From Klebsormidium nitens (taxonomy: Eukaryota > Plantae > Klebsormidiophyceae): DNA of 64,000 nt. The notes below the pieces were generated by a model. The model made no database searches and was not told where the DNA came from. It saw nothing but the letters and a program-made list of their open reading frames with translations. The stretch is from the NCBI GenBank assembly GCA_000708835.1, contig DF237458.1, positions 1 to 64,000 on the forward strand. Direction: 5' to 3'. Both the position numbers and the translations under genes were made by a program. Every line of letters begins with the position of its first letter. The stretch's first letter is position 1. Below are positions 1-12,489 of the stretch, one piece after another.

Positions 1-145
1 CTGAGGGGGTGGCCCGGGAGCATAACCCGGTCTGTTTTTAAGCATCCTGTGAACCCACGAGCTAGTGCGGTTTCTTAGGAACCCTAGCTCGGTGGGGGAT
101 GCCCATCTTCCTCCCTGCGGGGAAAGAAAGAAAAAAAAAAAAAAA
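1..145 (+). mobile_element. Possible 3' end of a non-LTR retroposon (LINE/SINE): structured tail plus poly(A)
   Basis: A15 run at 131-145 preceded by GAAA GAAAG. A nested hairpin lies upstream (GCATCC 42-47/GGATGC 97-102; CCCAC 54-58/GTGGG 92-96; GAGCTAG 59-65/CTAGCTC 84-90). The 5' part is outside the window, so a TSD cannot be tested. Alternative reading: a minus-strand polypyrimidine tract plus CAG acceptor. Confidence 0.35.
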
Positions 146-1334
146 CGGTCAAGCCTCTACGGTCAGTGTAGAATCTAAAGTTCGGTTGCAGGCGACTTCG
201 TAACATTTGCGCGCTCAGTTGAAGAGGACACTCCCATTTCAAACTCGGGGTCGGCGTCACCTAGGTATCACCTACTCCAGTTGAAAGTTCCGAAGTTGGG
301 AACACTGCTAGGCCGGTCGAAAGAGCGCGGTACAATTTGGACCGGGCAGCTCAAAAGGCATGCATATAACCTGTGACAGTGCCCGGTGGTCTAGCCGGTA
401 GCTACATTAGCTCTCGGCCTACAAAGTTGAACGGCCAAGTGGCAAGCCGCCCCTAACACCAAGGTTCCGACCTACGACACGCGGCGGTTTCTGAATGGAT
501 CTTATCCTGCAAACGAATCTTGCTGAAATGCCCCGACCACTTCTCCATCAAGCAACCGGGCGGAGTTAGGGGCGGGGTTGCAAGCTACTTCAACAACGCT
601 ATGTGCGCATGCCAGCGCGCTGCCAAGTTGCGCAAATGCAGCATCAGTGCTGCACATAAGCCCTCAAGAATGCGTACATAGTGACCCGGCGTCACATGTG
701 GGCCGGGAATTGCATGCAGCAGCATTACGTCGCCATGTCCGGTCCAATCAATTTGCATGATCGAAGAGATTCTACTACAATATATCTATTCATTGTAAAA
801 CTGTAGTGACAATCATGAAAAGTCATTGACCAGATGTACAAACTGGTGACTCGTGTAGAGGCTAGTTGCATGGGAGTTGCATATATGGGCTGTGCCAGGC
901 AGCTCAGTTTGCGGCCGCGCACGGGGCGGTCATGTTTGAGTCGTTTTCGGGCTAATTAAGTTGTTAATTCAATGTCGGGGTGACCTCTCATTCCGGACAT
1001 CTATGTTGAACATGTGCCAGGCAGAAAGCCCCAAAATGCCCCTATACGTGCATGCAGTGTCTTGGAGGGCTTATCTTTAAATTCTGCCGACAAGTACTCA
1101 GTTGAGAGAGCGCTCGCAGTCAATGCTCAGATGAGGTACCCCTCAGAGGTACCCTTTCATATGCAAAAGATTGTCTATTTTCAAGTACGCCGTAGCTAGC
1201 CAGTATAGGGCCATATAGGTTTCTCATGGCATACAACTGTTTGAAGGTATCAATGTCAGCTAAGATAGAACTCAAAAAGCTCGAGTACCTAGAGATCTAG
1301 CCAGTGGTACCTAGTAAGAAAGACGTCTTCACAA

Positions 1335-1351
1335 CGCGCGCGCGCGCGCGC
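1335..1351. repeat. (CG)n dinucleotide run
   Basis: cgcgcgcgcgcgcgcgc read directly. Similar runs follow intron donors near 49957 and 53944. Confidence 0.9.
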
Positions 1352-2050
1352 CCGTGTAGGGAAGTTCGAACTTCGCTTGCCTGGTAACTTGTAAGTCTTT
1401 AGCACGTGCCCGGGGCCGCCAACTCCGCGGTCGCCGGCCGGGCGCATACTTACCTAGGTAGTAGGTACGTACCTTATTCACGTACCTACGTAGTACTAAG
1501 TAGGCAGGTGTACGGTTACGGGTGACCGTACCCGGGTATTCGCCGCGGAACCGGGCCGAGCGATTTGCCGCCAGCAACCTGGAAGTCACCGTCGGGTTTC
1601 GTCACCGGGTGGACTTTTGGGCCTGGGCCATGAAACAAGGTTTTCAACCAATGAGGGCGCAGTGTTTGTGGCTGGAGGATTCCGTGCTCGTTTGGACCTC
1701 TTGGTCAGCTGACAGAAACAGGGCGTTGAGCTTTCGATGAGGGCACGTCGATCAAAGAAAGTATGACCACGAGCCAGTATACGTTAGTGAGTGGCGTCGA
1801 ATCCTTTTGAATCCGTGTAAGTAGACATGTTTTCGATGTAGTTCAGAGTCGTCCGATAATGAAGCTCTGCTATCGGATGGCTAGGTTTGAACAGGACGTC
1901 CTTCCGGTTTCGGAGCGCAGACGCGAGGGAAGTTGAACTTACCCGCGCGGTCAAAGGCCGACTGCTTGAACGTGACTGCGAAAGCTGTGAGTGCAACAAC
2001 CGCCTGCATCTGGTCTGGCAAAAGTTTGCCACAGTTTGGAAGACAAACAT

Positions 2051-2070
2051 AAGACAAGACAAGACAAGAC
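2051..2070 (+). repeat. (AAGAC)4 microsatellite upstream of the H3.3 ATG
   Basis: aagac aagac aagac aagac, ending 60 nt before ATG 2131. Confidence 0.9.
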
Positions 2071-2130
2071 AAGAAAAGAAGACGGCTTCCAGCAAGTTTC
2101 TTTGAGCCCTCGGGAACCCTACAAGCAACA

Positions 2131-4203
<2,073 letters not shown>

Positions 4204-5289
4204 GTAGATGATCAGTTTTTACCATACTGAAAATAGACTTTCAATAGTGGCGAGTGCAACATAATATCGGTTTGAAGGTTCTTGCCGGTAGGTTTTGCAG
4301 CCATGCGGGCGTGTGATCAAGTGCGGAAGAGCAGACCACATTTGCTAGGATTGTTAGGATCATTCTGCCTAACAGATTCAAGTTCTACTTATGGGGTCTT
4401 TGTGGAAAGAGTCAACCTGATGATTACCCTTGTATATAGTAAAGTCTTGGTCGGCCAGCTACCCAGTCACATGTACCACAGCCTCCCGACCCCAATGGTT
4501 GGCCTAGTCATGTTGATTCTTAGCACCAAATGTTGGTTGAGTTTCAAGTGATTTCATGCCATGGTTGGGGAAGTGGCTATAATAGCGGAATCACAATTTT
4601 CTTACTGCAGCGGGCTAGGGGCTAGGTCCGAAGTGTACTGCAAACCACCGAACGTGCTTGCGAAGTTGTCCATGTCAATTCCATGCAATGTAGGCTGAGC
4701 CACCCTGCCATTTGGGCGTGTGGCCGTGCGCATGGACCAGCAAATGCTACACAGGACAGCTGCTTCACTCAACACTTACTGGGCTGGTTTATTCCAAAAT
4801 GCATTCATGTGAGTGTTGTAAGTTCGGGCAGACCGTATGCGTTGCATGCGCATGTAGGTATTGCAATTGCTTCCACTAGTCAAAGTTGTACGGTAGCTTG
4901 TACATAGTCAATTTGTGTATGTAGTAACTTCTAAACCTCCAAACGGTGATTTGTATACCCAGTAGTTCAACACCATGATGAGGTAGCATGTCATGTTAGT
5001 AGGGTACGTACGCGTCGACCGAAAAGCTGCAGAAAGCTTTCCACATTTCTTAGCCAATCGGATGCCTTTTCAGATTCAGGTGGTACGCCAAGGTACATAC
5101 CAGAAGAGTATAGTACGGCTGAAAAGTACCATACCTCCTAGACCTGTCGGTACTTATACAAAGGCAACATGCCATGCATGGAGGCCAAGTAGGTTTGATC
5201 AAGTTTTTGGTCGCCGACGCGTAACCTAACTGCTTGGTAACTATAGAGATAGTAGTAACGTCTTTTGATGAAGCCCGAAAAGTACGGCC

Positions 5290-6053
5290 CATCACAAGCT
5301 ACCTATGGTGGGTACCGGCCGAGTCGATTCCGACTCCGGCCGCCACAAAATCGATTTAGCGCGTATCGAATATCGTCAGTGTTACCGGCGGTTCGCGTCA
5401 CGGCTACTCAGGTTTATGTTACTCGGGCGGTACAAATACTCAGAGAATTTTGCCGGGCCGTAAGTAAGTGTGAGGAGATTCTTAAACAGTGTCAGGTTTT
5501 ACACTTTGAGAGGAGCATCAAATTGGCACGCAAAGAAGAGCCATATGCAGGCTTATAAAAACCTCTGACAAGCAGAAAAAAATGTTGGGAGAGCGTCATG
5601 AAGGCTCCTTCGAAGCTCCAACATCTTGTTATGTTGAGGACAAATCGGAAGAAGCACCATCGTGGCTGCAAATGGCCGCCATTGCTTGCTTCTAAAAAGC
5701 GCCATTCCCTACACTCCCGTTTCCATCTTCTGCACTCTCCTTTCAAGTTAGGTACCGCGGTACTCTAGGGTGGTTCGAGTCGGAACTTCCGATCGAAACC
5801 ATGATTTTCAAATTTCACGTACGGTCAGACTTGATTGGTACCGTACCGCCGGAAACTTCGGAAGTTTCTGACGATCGGAATGTCAGACAGATTCTAATTC
5901 ATGAACTCGGACCGGATTCTCAAGTACCGGTCTGCACGATCGTCAGTACCGCGTACAGTAGTTGTCGCGACGCGACACACCGGTGATTCAAATTTGTGAC
6001 CGGACCGTCGCGCGATCGAGACCGCCGATACCCACCATAGGTTGCTTGTGATG
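5290..6053. mobile_element. MITE-like element with 30-bp terminal inverted repeats
   Basis: CATCACAAGCTACCTATGGTGGGTACCGGC (5290-5319) matches the reverse complement of 6024-6053 (CATCACAAGCAACCTATGGTGGGTATCGGC) at 28/30. The arms are palindrome-rich. No transposase ORF and no TSD recognised. Confidence 0.65.
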
Positions 6054-6579
6054 CACACTTCGAAATTGCTTGTATTTGCGCCATGGGCCCAGGTGCCTCG
6101 AAGCGTGTATACGAAAAGAAGTGACCATGAAGTAGATAAGTGATCAGCATATGGATAATATACGGTATAGTACTTTAAGCATCAACGCAAAAGCATAACC
6201 CCAGACTAGGTCTATGCACGCAAAGTATACTGAGATCATACACAGCTCATGAGGGTATCATTCATGCACTGAGTATGATAATGATATTTGCATGAGGTCC
6301 AATGACCTGCTGCATGAAACCTACACACGCCGTATACGTAAGTAGTGCGACTAGGACCAGGCTCCGGCCGGTGGTTTCAGGATGTCCTCTGAATCCTAAA
6401 TGAGAGTAACAAGGGCGTCACTTTTTCCAAAAAGCACCGGACCCTTTCTTATAATTGGACCAATCATAATCGCGACCCAACCAATACAGCCACAGTAATC
6501 CGCACTTCATGTCGGGTTATGCGATGGCAACCAAAGGTGCATACCATGCATAGCGTCTTACTCGCGGTTGACCTGCTGC

Positions 6580-9421
6580 TCAGACCACCGTCATGGACTC
6601 CGGCTTCCCCGGTAGCGTCCGCCTCTCCTGCTCTACTCTTTTGGCCAGCATATCCACTTCGTCCTGCTTTTTCCGAATGTACTCTTCGTCCTCCCCCATA
6701 TCAATCGCGTGCTGCAGGCTCTCCTTAGCCTCCTCGTACTCCTCCTGGTTGAACTTGTACCCGACCTCGAAGCTCCAGTCCAGGTGCCGCGTCATGCTAC
6801 CCAGCCGCCGCATGTAGATCGGCGGCACATCCTGCATCTTCTCGCGCGCCATCTTGTCCACGACCGCGTTCTTGTACTCCTTGCTCACGATCCCCCGCGT
6901 AAAGCTCAGCTCCGTGAAGCCCGGCGAGTCCTTCGCCATCCATTCCGCAGCATCCCGCGTCTTGCGGATGATGTTCAGCGAGTCCGGCAGCGTGCCTTCC
7001 CGCAGCCCGAACATCTCCTCCTCGCTTTGCCCTTCGTAGCTCGCTTTGGTTACCCCCCGACTGCGAATGCTATCGTCCGCCAGCCGGTTCCTCGGCCGCT
7101 GCTTAAACAGCTCGAGCTCTCCGTCCCGGGGGGGTACCTTGTTCGCCGGGTTGCAGAGGCCCGCCAGCGAAGATGTCGTCCGCTCCCCCCCCTTGACGTG
7201 GTTCGTCGCCTTGTGCTGTGTAATCGTCACGCTTTGACTGACCGTCGGCCGGTGGTTGAGACTCCAGTACGGGCTGTTGTTGGTCAGGGGGGCAGCCTCG
7301 AACGTCGACTCAAACCGCTCCCCGATCCATGTCCCGTATGGAAACTTCGTCGCCACCTCTCCGTACTTATTCAACTTCCCACGGTGCGATCCGGTGTCGG
7401 GCGAATCTGGATTACCTGGGGCCCACCCCGCTGAATTTGGGTTGATCCCCCACTCCCCCTTGTACGGCCGACCGACTTTGTGGATCACCGGATCAGGGGG
7501 TGGCTTCGTGATCGGCTGCAAACGTTCCCTTTCCTCCTCGCTCAGAATCCCGCCTTCTTCCATGTGGTACGTCCGGGGATTCGGCGCGGCTGGGTCGCGC
7601 ACCTCCCCGGTGATCATCTCTTCGGCGTCTGCATAGTTCTCCAGCGCAAACTTCGGTCTCTGGGACTCTCGCTCCTTCAGGTACTCCGCACGCGCGCGCC
7701 GGTAGTCCTCCCAGTGCTGCTGCTTCTCCTCGCTCCACAGGTCCATGCTCATGCCCCGCTGCTCGCCGCGCGCGCGCATCCCCGCCTTCGCCTTACTGAT
7801 TACTTCCTTGTTACGCACCCGCTTCTCATCCGTCCTCTGCTGGAGCGACTTTATCCGCCCGAGTCCCTGCACAAACTCCCCCCCTTCCTGGTCATTGCTT
7901 GCCGGCTCTCTTTTCGTTTTTCCGTCCCCCTTTTCCGTTCCTTCCCCCTTCCCCTTCCCCTCCCCTTTGTCTTTTCCGTCCCCCTTGCCCCTCCCCCCAG
8001 AAAGGATAAGCAGATGCTGACGCAGCGAAAACGTCAGCAGGTTGGCCCGCCCGATGCCATTACCCGGCGCCGTACCGTCTTCGCTTCCCGATACCCCTGC
8101 TTGCTCCTGTCGTCGCTGCTTGTCACGGCCCTCCTCGTACTCTGCATCGTCGTTCTGTTCGGCCTCGTCGTTCGGCTTGTCGGCATCCAGGGATTCGCCC
8201 TGTGTCTGGCCAGTCTCAGCTTCTAATTGGTTGCTCTGCAGAATGCGTAAGTTCGTTTGGTGAACAACACATCCTTCCGAGTAAAATATGGGCAGCAATT
8301 GCTTCCAATGACAAAACCCAGTTTCCTGGTGATCTAGTCAGCTTCACCATGCTTTAACGCTGAGGCATAACCATGGCGCAGCAAGACTCTAAACATTTTG
8401 CAAGAGCTGTGCAAGCTGGAAGATGAAATCTGGGCAGGGGCAAAGCGAGTTGAGCAATCATCGGCAAGAGACACCTGTGCTCCTACATAACGATGTCAAG
8501 TAATGGTATAACAAAGACAGCTCCAGGAGAGGAGCGCAGAGCAAAACAAGTGACATTTTATTACTGCCGGCAGACTAAAGTCTGGATGTTAGTACAGTTG
8601 ACTTGGAGACAGACTTCTGTCCCACTCAATATTTTTCAGATAAACAAACAAAGGGGAGTGTGCAAAGCACTCATGATCAAGCGCTAAACTTTTAAACCGG
8701 TTGTCAACTTACCTCCTCATAGGTTGAACGAGCAGTCGTTCCTACCCCAGGGTTTTGTTCGATTGCCGCTACGGCCACTGCTGCTGCAACAGGAAGAAAC
8801 CAGCTTTTGTCGAGGATGCATGCATGGTCATGATGATTACATGTGTTGCTGACAACAATGGCTGACCTCTAAACTTCTTTTGGGGGTCTACTTATTTCCG
8901 AGCATGCCAGCAGACATACTTTTCCAGAAGGCAAATTACGACAGCTGCCTTCTGAAACTACAAAATGCGAAACGGTGCGTAGTTGGGGCCTGCCACTGAC
9001 GATTCAGATTGTACCCCGCTTGTGTCCTCATTCAGCAATTGCGAACAGGTGAAAACAACGAACTCGCTACTTTTTCCATCAGGCGGGCCCTCTCCTCCAT
9101 TGCTGAAAAGTGGTTTTAAGCCACTTAAGCAGAACCTTACACAAATTGCATAAGCATCATAGAAGAATTTTAAGAGGCATTCTTGCACTCACTTCGTGCT
9201 GGCACAGCAGCTTTGCTGCCAGCTCTTCCACAATAAAGTCTCCGGAGCTTTGACGGTCCCGAGGACCTAGGCAGGGGGCCACCTAGCCAGGGGGTGGCGA
9301 GCTGAGAGCTTATGGCTTGGCGCCTCACAGAAGTGGACTGTCCACTGATGCTCATGCGCGGGGTCCCACAAGCTGCATACGTAGGTCTATCAGTGATTAG
9401 AAGTTCTGACGAGGCAGCCAT
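6580..9421 (-). CDS. Protein of unknown function (~651 aa), probably organelle (plastid)-targeted, 3 coding exons
   Basis: Stop-free 572-codon frame at 6580-8298. Proposed exons 9421-9193 (ATG GCT GCC..., donor GTGAGT), 8783-8713 (donor GTAAGT) and 8235-6580 (acceptor TTCTGCAG) join in phase 1 and phase 0 without a stop. The N-terminus MAASSELL...SVRRQAISSQLATPWLGG...RTAVAVAA is S/R/A-rich and acid-poor. No domain recognised. Confidence 0.7.
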
Positions 9422-9698
9422 ACTCCGGGATACATTACAAGAGTGAAAAAGTGTCTGAGCCAGAGATGGAGAGGAGTGCACAACACAACATTGCTTCCAA
9501 CGACAGATTCCACAATCTGCACGTAAGCTAGCTCCGGGTAGGTGCGGAATGTTGCTGCTTATGGAGCGACGCACTGCCGTTGCATGAACCTGCTGGATGG
9601 GAAGTGCCTTCTGCTGAAACCCAGAGGAGTGGCTGATGATTTTTTTTGAGGCAATCCAAAGCAAGCAAAGTGCACTTACCGGAAGGAACCCTTGCTAG

Positions 9699-11143
9699 TG
9701 CCACCGCCATTTCACCACCGTCCGGCTCGGAGAGTGGTGGTCCGAGCGGCAAGTTACTCGGGAGGCGGTCCTCGGGGCCAGGGGGATTGAGGACCTGGCG
9801 GGGTCTGCGAGCGTCCCCCACTGCTACCGCGCCGAGGCGGACCCGGCTCGCATCGATGCAATCGCGGGCAAGATGTACCAGACTCTGTTAAANNNNNNNN
9901 NNNNNNNNNNNNNNNNNNNNNNNNNNNNNNNNNNNNNNNNNNNNNNNNNNNNNNNNNNNNNNNNNNNNNNNNNNNNNNNNNNNNNNNNNNNNNNNNNNNN
10001 NNNNNNNNNNNNNNNNNNNNNNNNNNNNNNNNNNNNNNNNNNNNNNNNNNNNNNNNNNNNNNNNNNNNNNNNNNNNNNNNNNNNNNNNNNNNNNNNNNNN
10101 NNNNNNNNNNNNNNNNNNNNNNNNNNNNNNNNNNNNNNNNNNNNNNNNNNNNNNNNNNNNNNNNNNNNNNNNNNNNNNNNNNNNNNNNNNNNNNNNNNNN
10201 NNNNNNNNNNNNNNNNNNNNNNNNNNNNNNNNNNNNNNNNNNNNNNNNNNNNNNNNNNNNNNNNNNNNNNNNNNNNNNNNNNNNNNNNNNNNNNNNNNNN
10301 NNNNNNNNNNNNNNNNNNNNNNNNNNNNNNNNNNNNNNNNNNNNNNNNNNNNNNNNNNNACTGCGAAGGAAAGAAGCTGCCGCTGCTCGTCTCATCAACG
10401 ATGTGAAAGGTAAACACCGGCGCAGTCTTCCTCCAATGAGTAGACTTCTGGATGGCTCGGCTCTTTGACTTGGCGAGGACGGCTCTCCTTTGCTTTAAAG
10501 CGAGTAAACTTGGGCGATCCATATGACTTCAACGTCTCGGTCAACAAAACAGACGTTGTGGCGAGGTGTGCAAACGAAGTCTTGTCCCGCGTCTTTTTTT
10601 CACAAAGCTTCCCATTCGGTAAGATAGCAAGCAACGAAAGGCACCGCCACTCACAGCTCAAAGATCCAAAAGAGTGAAAGAGTAGGCTGTGTGGACGTCA
10701 GAGCGTCAAGAGACGCCATGGTGGCGTTCAAGTCGGGCAAGGGCTGCGTCCTTCCGTCTCCATCCGCTAATGTTCCTGGAGGCTTCGTTTCCTGCAGAGA
10801 GGCTACTCCGGGGACGATTCTGTGACGCCACCCTTTTCCCCGTGGTTTTCTCCGGCTGTGGCCCGTCCGGTCCGCTTTTTACATTCGGCAGAGCTCCCAA
10901 GGCCCTCAGTGTTCGTACGTCGACTGAGGCCACACGGGTCCGGTCAAACCGCAGGACCTGCTGCTGATGATGAGCGGAGCCGCCGATGTGTACTCGAAGC
11001 TGGCAAAGGAGGGGTGCGAAGACCCGATCTTGCAACTCCGGAGTTGGGCGTGGGACGTGGTACAGAACCTAAGGTCGAAGCAAGGGGCGGGGCCGAGCTC
11101 GTCTACCAGCCAGGCTCGCGGGTGCCCCGGTGCGGACGCGTGA
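9699..11143 (+). CDS. Fragmentary putative gene interrupted by an assembly gap; product unknown
   Basis: GC-rich open segments: 9699-9892 (...WWSERQVTREAVLGARGIEDLAGSASVPHCYRAEADPARIDAIAGKMYQTLL), 10361-10409 (LRRKEAAARLINDVK, then GTAAAC donor), and a terminal exon 10955-11143 after a CCGCAG acceptor (DLLLMMSGAADVYSKLAKEGCEDPILQLRSWAWDVVQNL...ADA*). Start and middle exons unresolved. Confidence 0.35.
9893..10359. other. Assembly gap (N run)
   Basis: Continuous N characters. Confidence 0.99.
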
Positions 11144-12075
11144 CCAGGCAACGCGCGCGAAGTGTGATGTGATCCTAGAGGCTGGGCGAAATTTTAGTAG
11201 GTATGGTACACGTAGGTCTTGCGTTCAAGCATAGGGACTGTAACATCGAGTGTAAGGGTAGGCGAACCAGGACAACAGATGCGTGCTTCAGCCACAACCG
11301 GCTTTACCCCTCAGTGCGGCTGCGTTTCAAGGTTGCGCGTATGCAACGGCTGTGCAATGTCCATTGGCGGGTGTGTACTCTAGTAAAGATCTTGGACACG
11401 TCATTAGATGCGTCGATTGCTACAGACGGCACTAGACAATCTTTCCGCGCGGGAGCCATAGAACGGCAGTAACATTTCTAACCACAGCAGCGAGTCGGAT
11501 AACCATTGCTTATTGAAGGTTACTTAAGTAAGACGGTGCTCCTCATACAACAGAATTGACATATGGTAATAAGTCGAAGAACACGGCATTACGCATGCAC
11601 AGGCCAAGAACGTTTGCTCATGATGAGCAGGACAATATGTACTTGTGCGATGATGGTATGCACGCACGTGTTGAAGTATCTCAATGAACTGCCCACGCTT
11701 CTCGTGTGGTGTCTTTCGAGTCGTCCTTCTCAGTTGCTTCCCAATTTAAGTGTTGCAAAACTTGCACTCTTTGATTGGCCGCCCTGAGCCGCGCCTTCAC
11801 CTTCACCTGCATGCACGCAAGAAAGCAACTTTGTGCAACTAGTCAAACAGAGCAACTCGATCAATCTTTGGCTGCAGCATGTCGTTTTCTGCATGCGCAT
11901 GCTAATGCTAAAACGATGTGCGGGCCGCGCTCAGAGCTTGCTTGGAACAATCGATCAGGGCCCGCGGGCCTCGTCCGGCCCTGTTGCCCGCGCGCGGGCC
12001 AACTTTTTTCGATCCGGCCATTCAACGGCGGAATGCCGGCGGAATTCACCGTCCGGTCCAACTCGTACCAAAAAA

Positions 12076-12083
12076 ATATATAT
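12076..12083 (+). promoter_or_regulatory. TATA-like upstream element of the tRNA gene
   Basis: ATATATAT at about -35 to -28 from the tRNA 5' end, with CAA at about -15. This resembles the known plant Pol III tRNA upstream architecture. Confidence 0.5.
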
Positions 12084-12110
12084 TGTTTGCAGGGCCAAAT
12101 GAGGACATGC

Positions 12111-12212
12111 GATCAGATGGCCGAGCGGTCTAAGGCGCCAGCTTCAGGCCCGTTACGGTCGGTGTAAATGCTGGTTCTTTCGAGAGCGTGGGTTCGAATC
12201 CCACTCTGGTCA
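12111..12212 (+). tRNA. trnL-CAG: tRNA-Leu (anticodon CAG) with a 20-nt intron at canonical 37/38
   Basis: Acceptor stem GATCAGA/TCTGGTC plus discriminator A. D-arm/A-box TGGCCGAGCGGTCTAAGGC. Anticodon stem CCAGC/GCTGG with loop TT-CAG-G^T. Intron 12149-12168. Long variable arm. T-arm/B-box GTGGGTTCGAATCCCAC. Confidence 0.95.
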
Positions 12213-12217
12213 CGCGC

Positions 12218-12230
12218 TTTTTCCTTTTTT
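12218..12230 (+). terminator. Pol III oligo-T terminator of tRNA-Leu
   Basis: TTTTT CC TTTTTT starting 6 nt after the discriminator base. Confidence 0.85.
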
Positions 12231-12293
12231 CACTCATGCGAAAGGCATACCTACCAAAGCGAAGGAGCTATCGGACGAACACGATGAGAGCTG

Positions 12294-12382
12294 AGCAGGT
12301 CCCGAGTCCAATCGACGGCGGAGAAAACTTCAAAAAGAACCCTCAGCAATGGGGCGTGGGTTCAAATCCCACTCTGGCCATC
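12294..12382 (+). pseudogene. tRNA-Leu fragment/pseudogene (intact T-arm and 3' acceptor strand, decayed 5' half)
   Basis: GGGCGTGGGTTCAAATCCCACTCTGGCCATC at 12352-12382. Only a weak 5'-half echo (gagcaggtcccgagtccaatcgacggcg) lies upstream, and there is no GGYCAGA acceptor partner. Confidence 0.7.
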
Positions 12383-12489
12383 GTCTGTGTCCCTTTTGTT
12401 GGCACGCCATTTTCATGCCGAGGGCGCACTGCAGGTCCTTTCTCCTGGCATGGTTCCTTAGAAGCCAACAAACGGCTCCGATTACAAGA

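Noticed and set aside
42-102. SECIS element
   Set aside because: GTGA..GA could mimic the core, but there is no apical AA motif and helix I cannot form separately from the core.
1446-1455. U1 snRNA 5' end (ATACTTACCT)
   Set aside because: The match stops after 10 nt. No U1 stem-loops or Sm site follow, and it sits within a palindrome.
5772-5781. tRNA/SINE B-box (GGTTCGAGTC)
   Set aside because: No A-box at suitable spacing and no cloverleaf; it lies inside the MITE arm.
9680-9884. Extra upstream minus-strand exon for the orphan gene (GTAAGT donor, in phase)
   Set aside because: The same DNA reads more convincingly as plus-strand coding, and the ATG at 9421 already gives a transit-peptide-like start. 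It cannot be fully excluded because of the adjacent gap.
9754-10522. Long ORFs spanning N runs (also 39895-41028)
   Set aside because: Artefacts of translating N as X.
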